Translations under genes and position numbers: made by a program
The notes under the pieces: generated by a model
Seen by the model: the letters and a program-made list of their open reading frames with translations, nothing else
What the model was told of the DNA's origin: nothing
Database searches by the model: none
NCBI GenBank assembly: GCA_046714835.1
Contig: JBKKAE010000373.1
Location: forward strand, 1 to 27,642
DNA: 27,642 nt
DNA from: Actinomycetota bacterium
Lineage (GTDB): Bacteria; Actinomycetota; UBA4738; HRBIN12
Direction: 5' to 3'
Part shown: positions 26,993 through 27,642 of the stretch, piece after piece
Layout: each line of letters begins with the position of its first letter
Position numbering within the stretch: position 1 is the stretch's first letter

Positions 26993-27642
26993 TCACCCCA
27001 GGCCCGAGAGACCGGGCGCGGGCGCGTTGATGAGCACGGCGACGTTGCCCTCCGGGAGCTTCCCGTCGCCCATCAGTTGGTGCGCAAGCCCTGCCTCCTG
27101 GTACGCGTAGGCGTGCCCGAGGGTTGTTCGGATCTTCTCCTCTCGCACGAGATCGTTGAATGCCGCCGCCTGGTCGTCGTTGAACAGATGGGAACCCTGG
27201 TAGCGCTTCTGCAGGTACCAGAGGTAGCGCACGTCGATCAGCGTGTCGTACCCGGTGGTGCCCGCGCAGATCACGATCATGCCGCCGCGGTCGCACACGA
27301 AGTTGGAGGTCGGGATCGTGTCCTGCCCCGGGTGTTCGAACACGATCCTCGGGCTGGCCTTCTCCCCCGCCGCGTCCCAGATGGCTTTCCCGAAGGCCTT
27401 CGCGCCGTCGAGCCACGCCTTCCAGTCGGGCGAGTCCCACGCCGGCGGCACTCCCCAGTGCGTGAACTCCGTCCGGTCGATGCAGCCGACCGCGCCCAGC
27501 TCCTTGCAGTACTCGCCCTTCTCCGGTGAGGAGACCACCGCGACCGGTCGGCCTCCCGCGAGCACCACGAGCTGGATCGCGAGGGAGCCCAGCCCTCCCG
27601 CACCACCCCACACGAGGACGACGTCTCCCGGCTTCACCGTGT
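26993..27642 (-). CDS. ccrA: Crotonyl-CoA carboxylase/reductase, C-terminal part (5' end outside window)
   Basis: VLVWGGAGGLGSLAIQL, AVVSSPEKGEYCKELGA, IVFEHPGQDT, VICAGTTGY, DVRYLWYLQKRYQGSHLFN and AHQLM. Confidence 0.88.
   Translation of the reverse strand, partial: TVKPGDVVLVWGGAGGLGSLAIQLVVLAGGRPVAVVSSPEKGEYCKELGAVGCIDRTEFTHWGVPPAWDSPDWKAWLDGAKAFGKAIWDAAGEKASPRIVFEHPGQDTIPTSNFVCDRGGMIVICAGTTGYDTLIDVRYLWYLQKRYQGSHLFNDDQAAAFNDLVREEKIRTTLGHAYAYQEAGLAHQLMGDGKLPEGNVAVLINAPAPGLSGLG

Noticed and set aside
8338-26995. Absence of classical U-tailed terminators at convergent gene ends (8341/8346, 15741/15789, 22996/22999, 26979/26993)
   Set aside because: This is normal for high-GC actinobacteria, which often rely on Rho or U-poor hairpins. 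No terminator is annotated because none is supportable.
1-27642. CRISPR arrays, tRNA/rRNA, IS elements, integrases, defence genes, frameshifted pseudogenes
   Set aside because: I saw no repeat-spacer arrays, cloverleaf motifs, transposase or recombinase motifs, terminal inverted repeats or broken reading frames. The DNA is almost fully tiled by intact genes.

Overview
High-GC actinobacterial-type DNA (taxon inferred from GC content, leaderless genes, and the SigK/RskA-like, LCP and Ccr genes). It holds 25 supportable CDS, two of them cut by the window edges. I found no rRNA, tRNA, CRISPR array or mobile element. Three blocks: (1) 1-11966, a cell-surface glycan locus with an NDP-sugar pyrophosphorylase, an SMR/EamA-type small transporter, Wzm/Wzt with a C-terminal carbohydrate-binding domain, five GT4-type glycosyltransferases, a coiled-coil SAM methyltransferase with a small partner protein, and an LCP ligase. 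(2) 11963-15741, signalling genes: a degenerate REC-GGDEF protein, a SigK/RskA-like ECF pair and a CBS-DUF294 nucleotidyltransferase. (3) 15789-27642, acyl-CoA and central metabolism (acnA, thioesterase, thiolase, mce, ccr), interleaved with a lipoprotein, a 976-aa membrane coiled-coil pseudo-histidine kinase, an FtsH-like AAA/M41 protease and an XRE regulator. Best leads: the pseudokinase, which has lost its catalytic motifs and sits behind an exact sigma28/WhiG-type -10 element and a self-complementary leader; a 70-aa module duplicated (35/70 identical) between the methyltransferase and its neighbour; a PopA-like c-di-GMP receptor candidate coupled to a glycosyltransferase; and a probable ATC start codon for wzm. 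All family assignments come from motif recognition by eye; no database searches were run.
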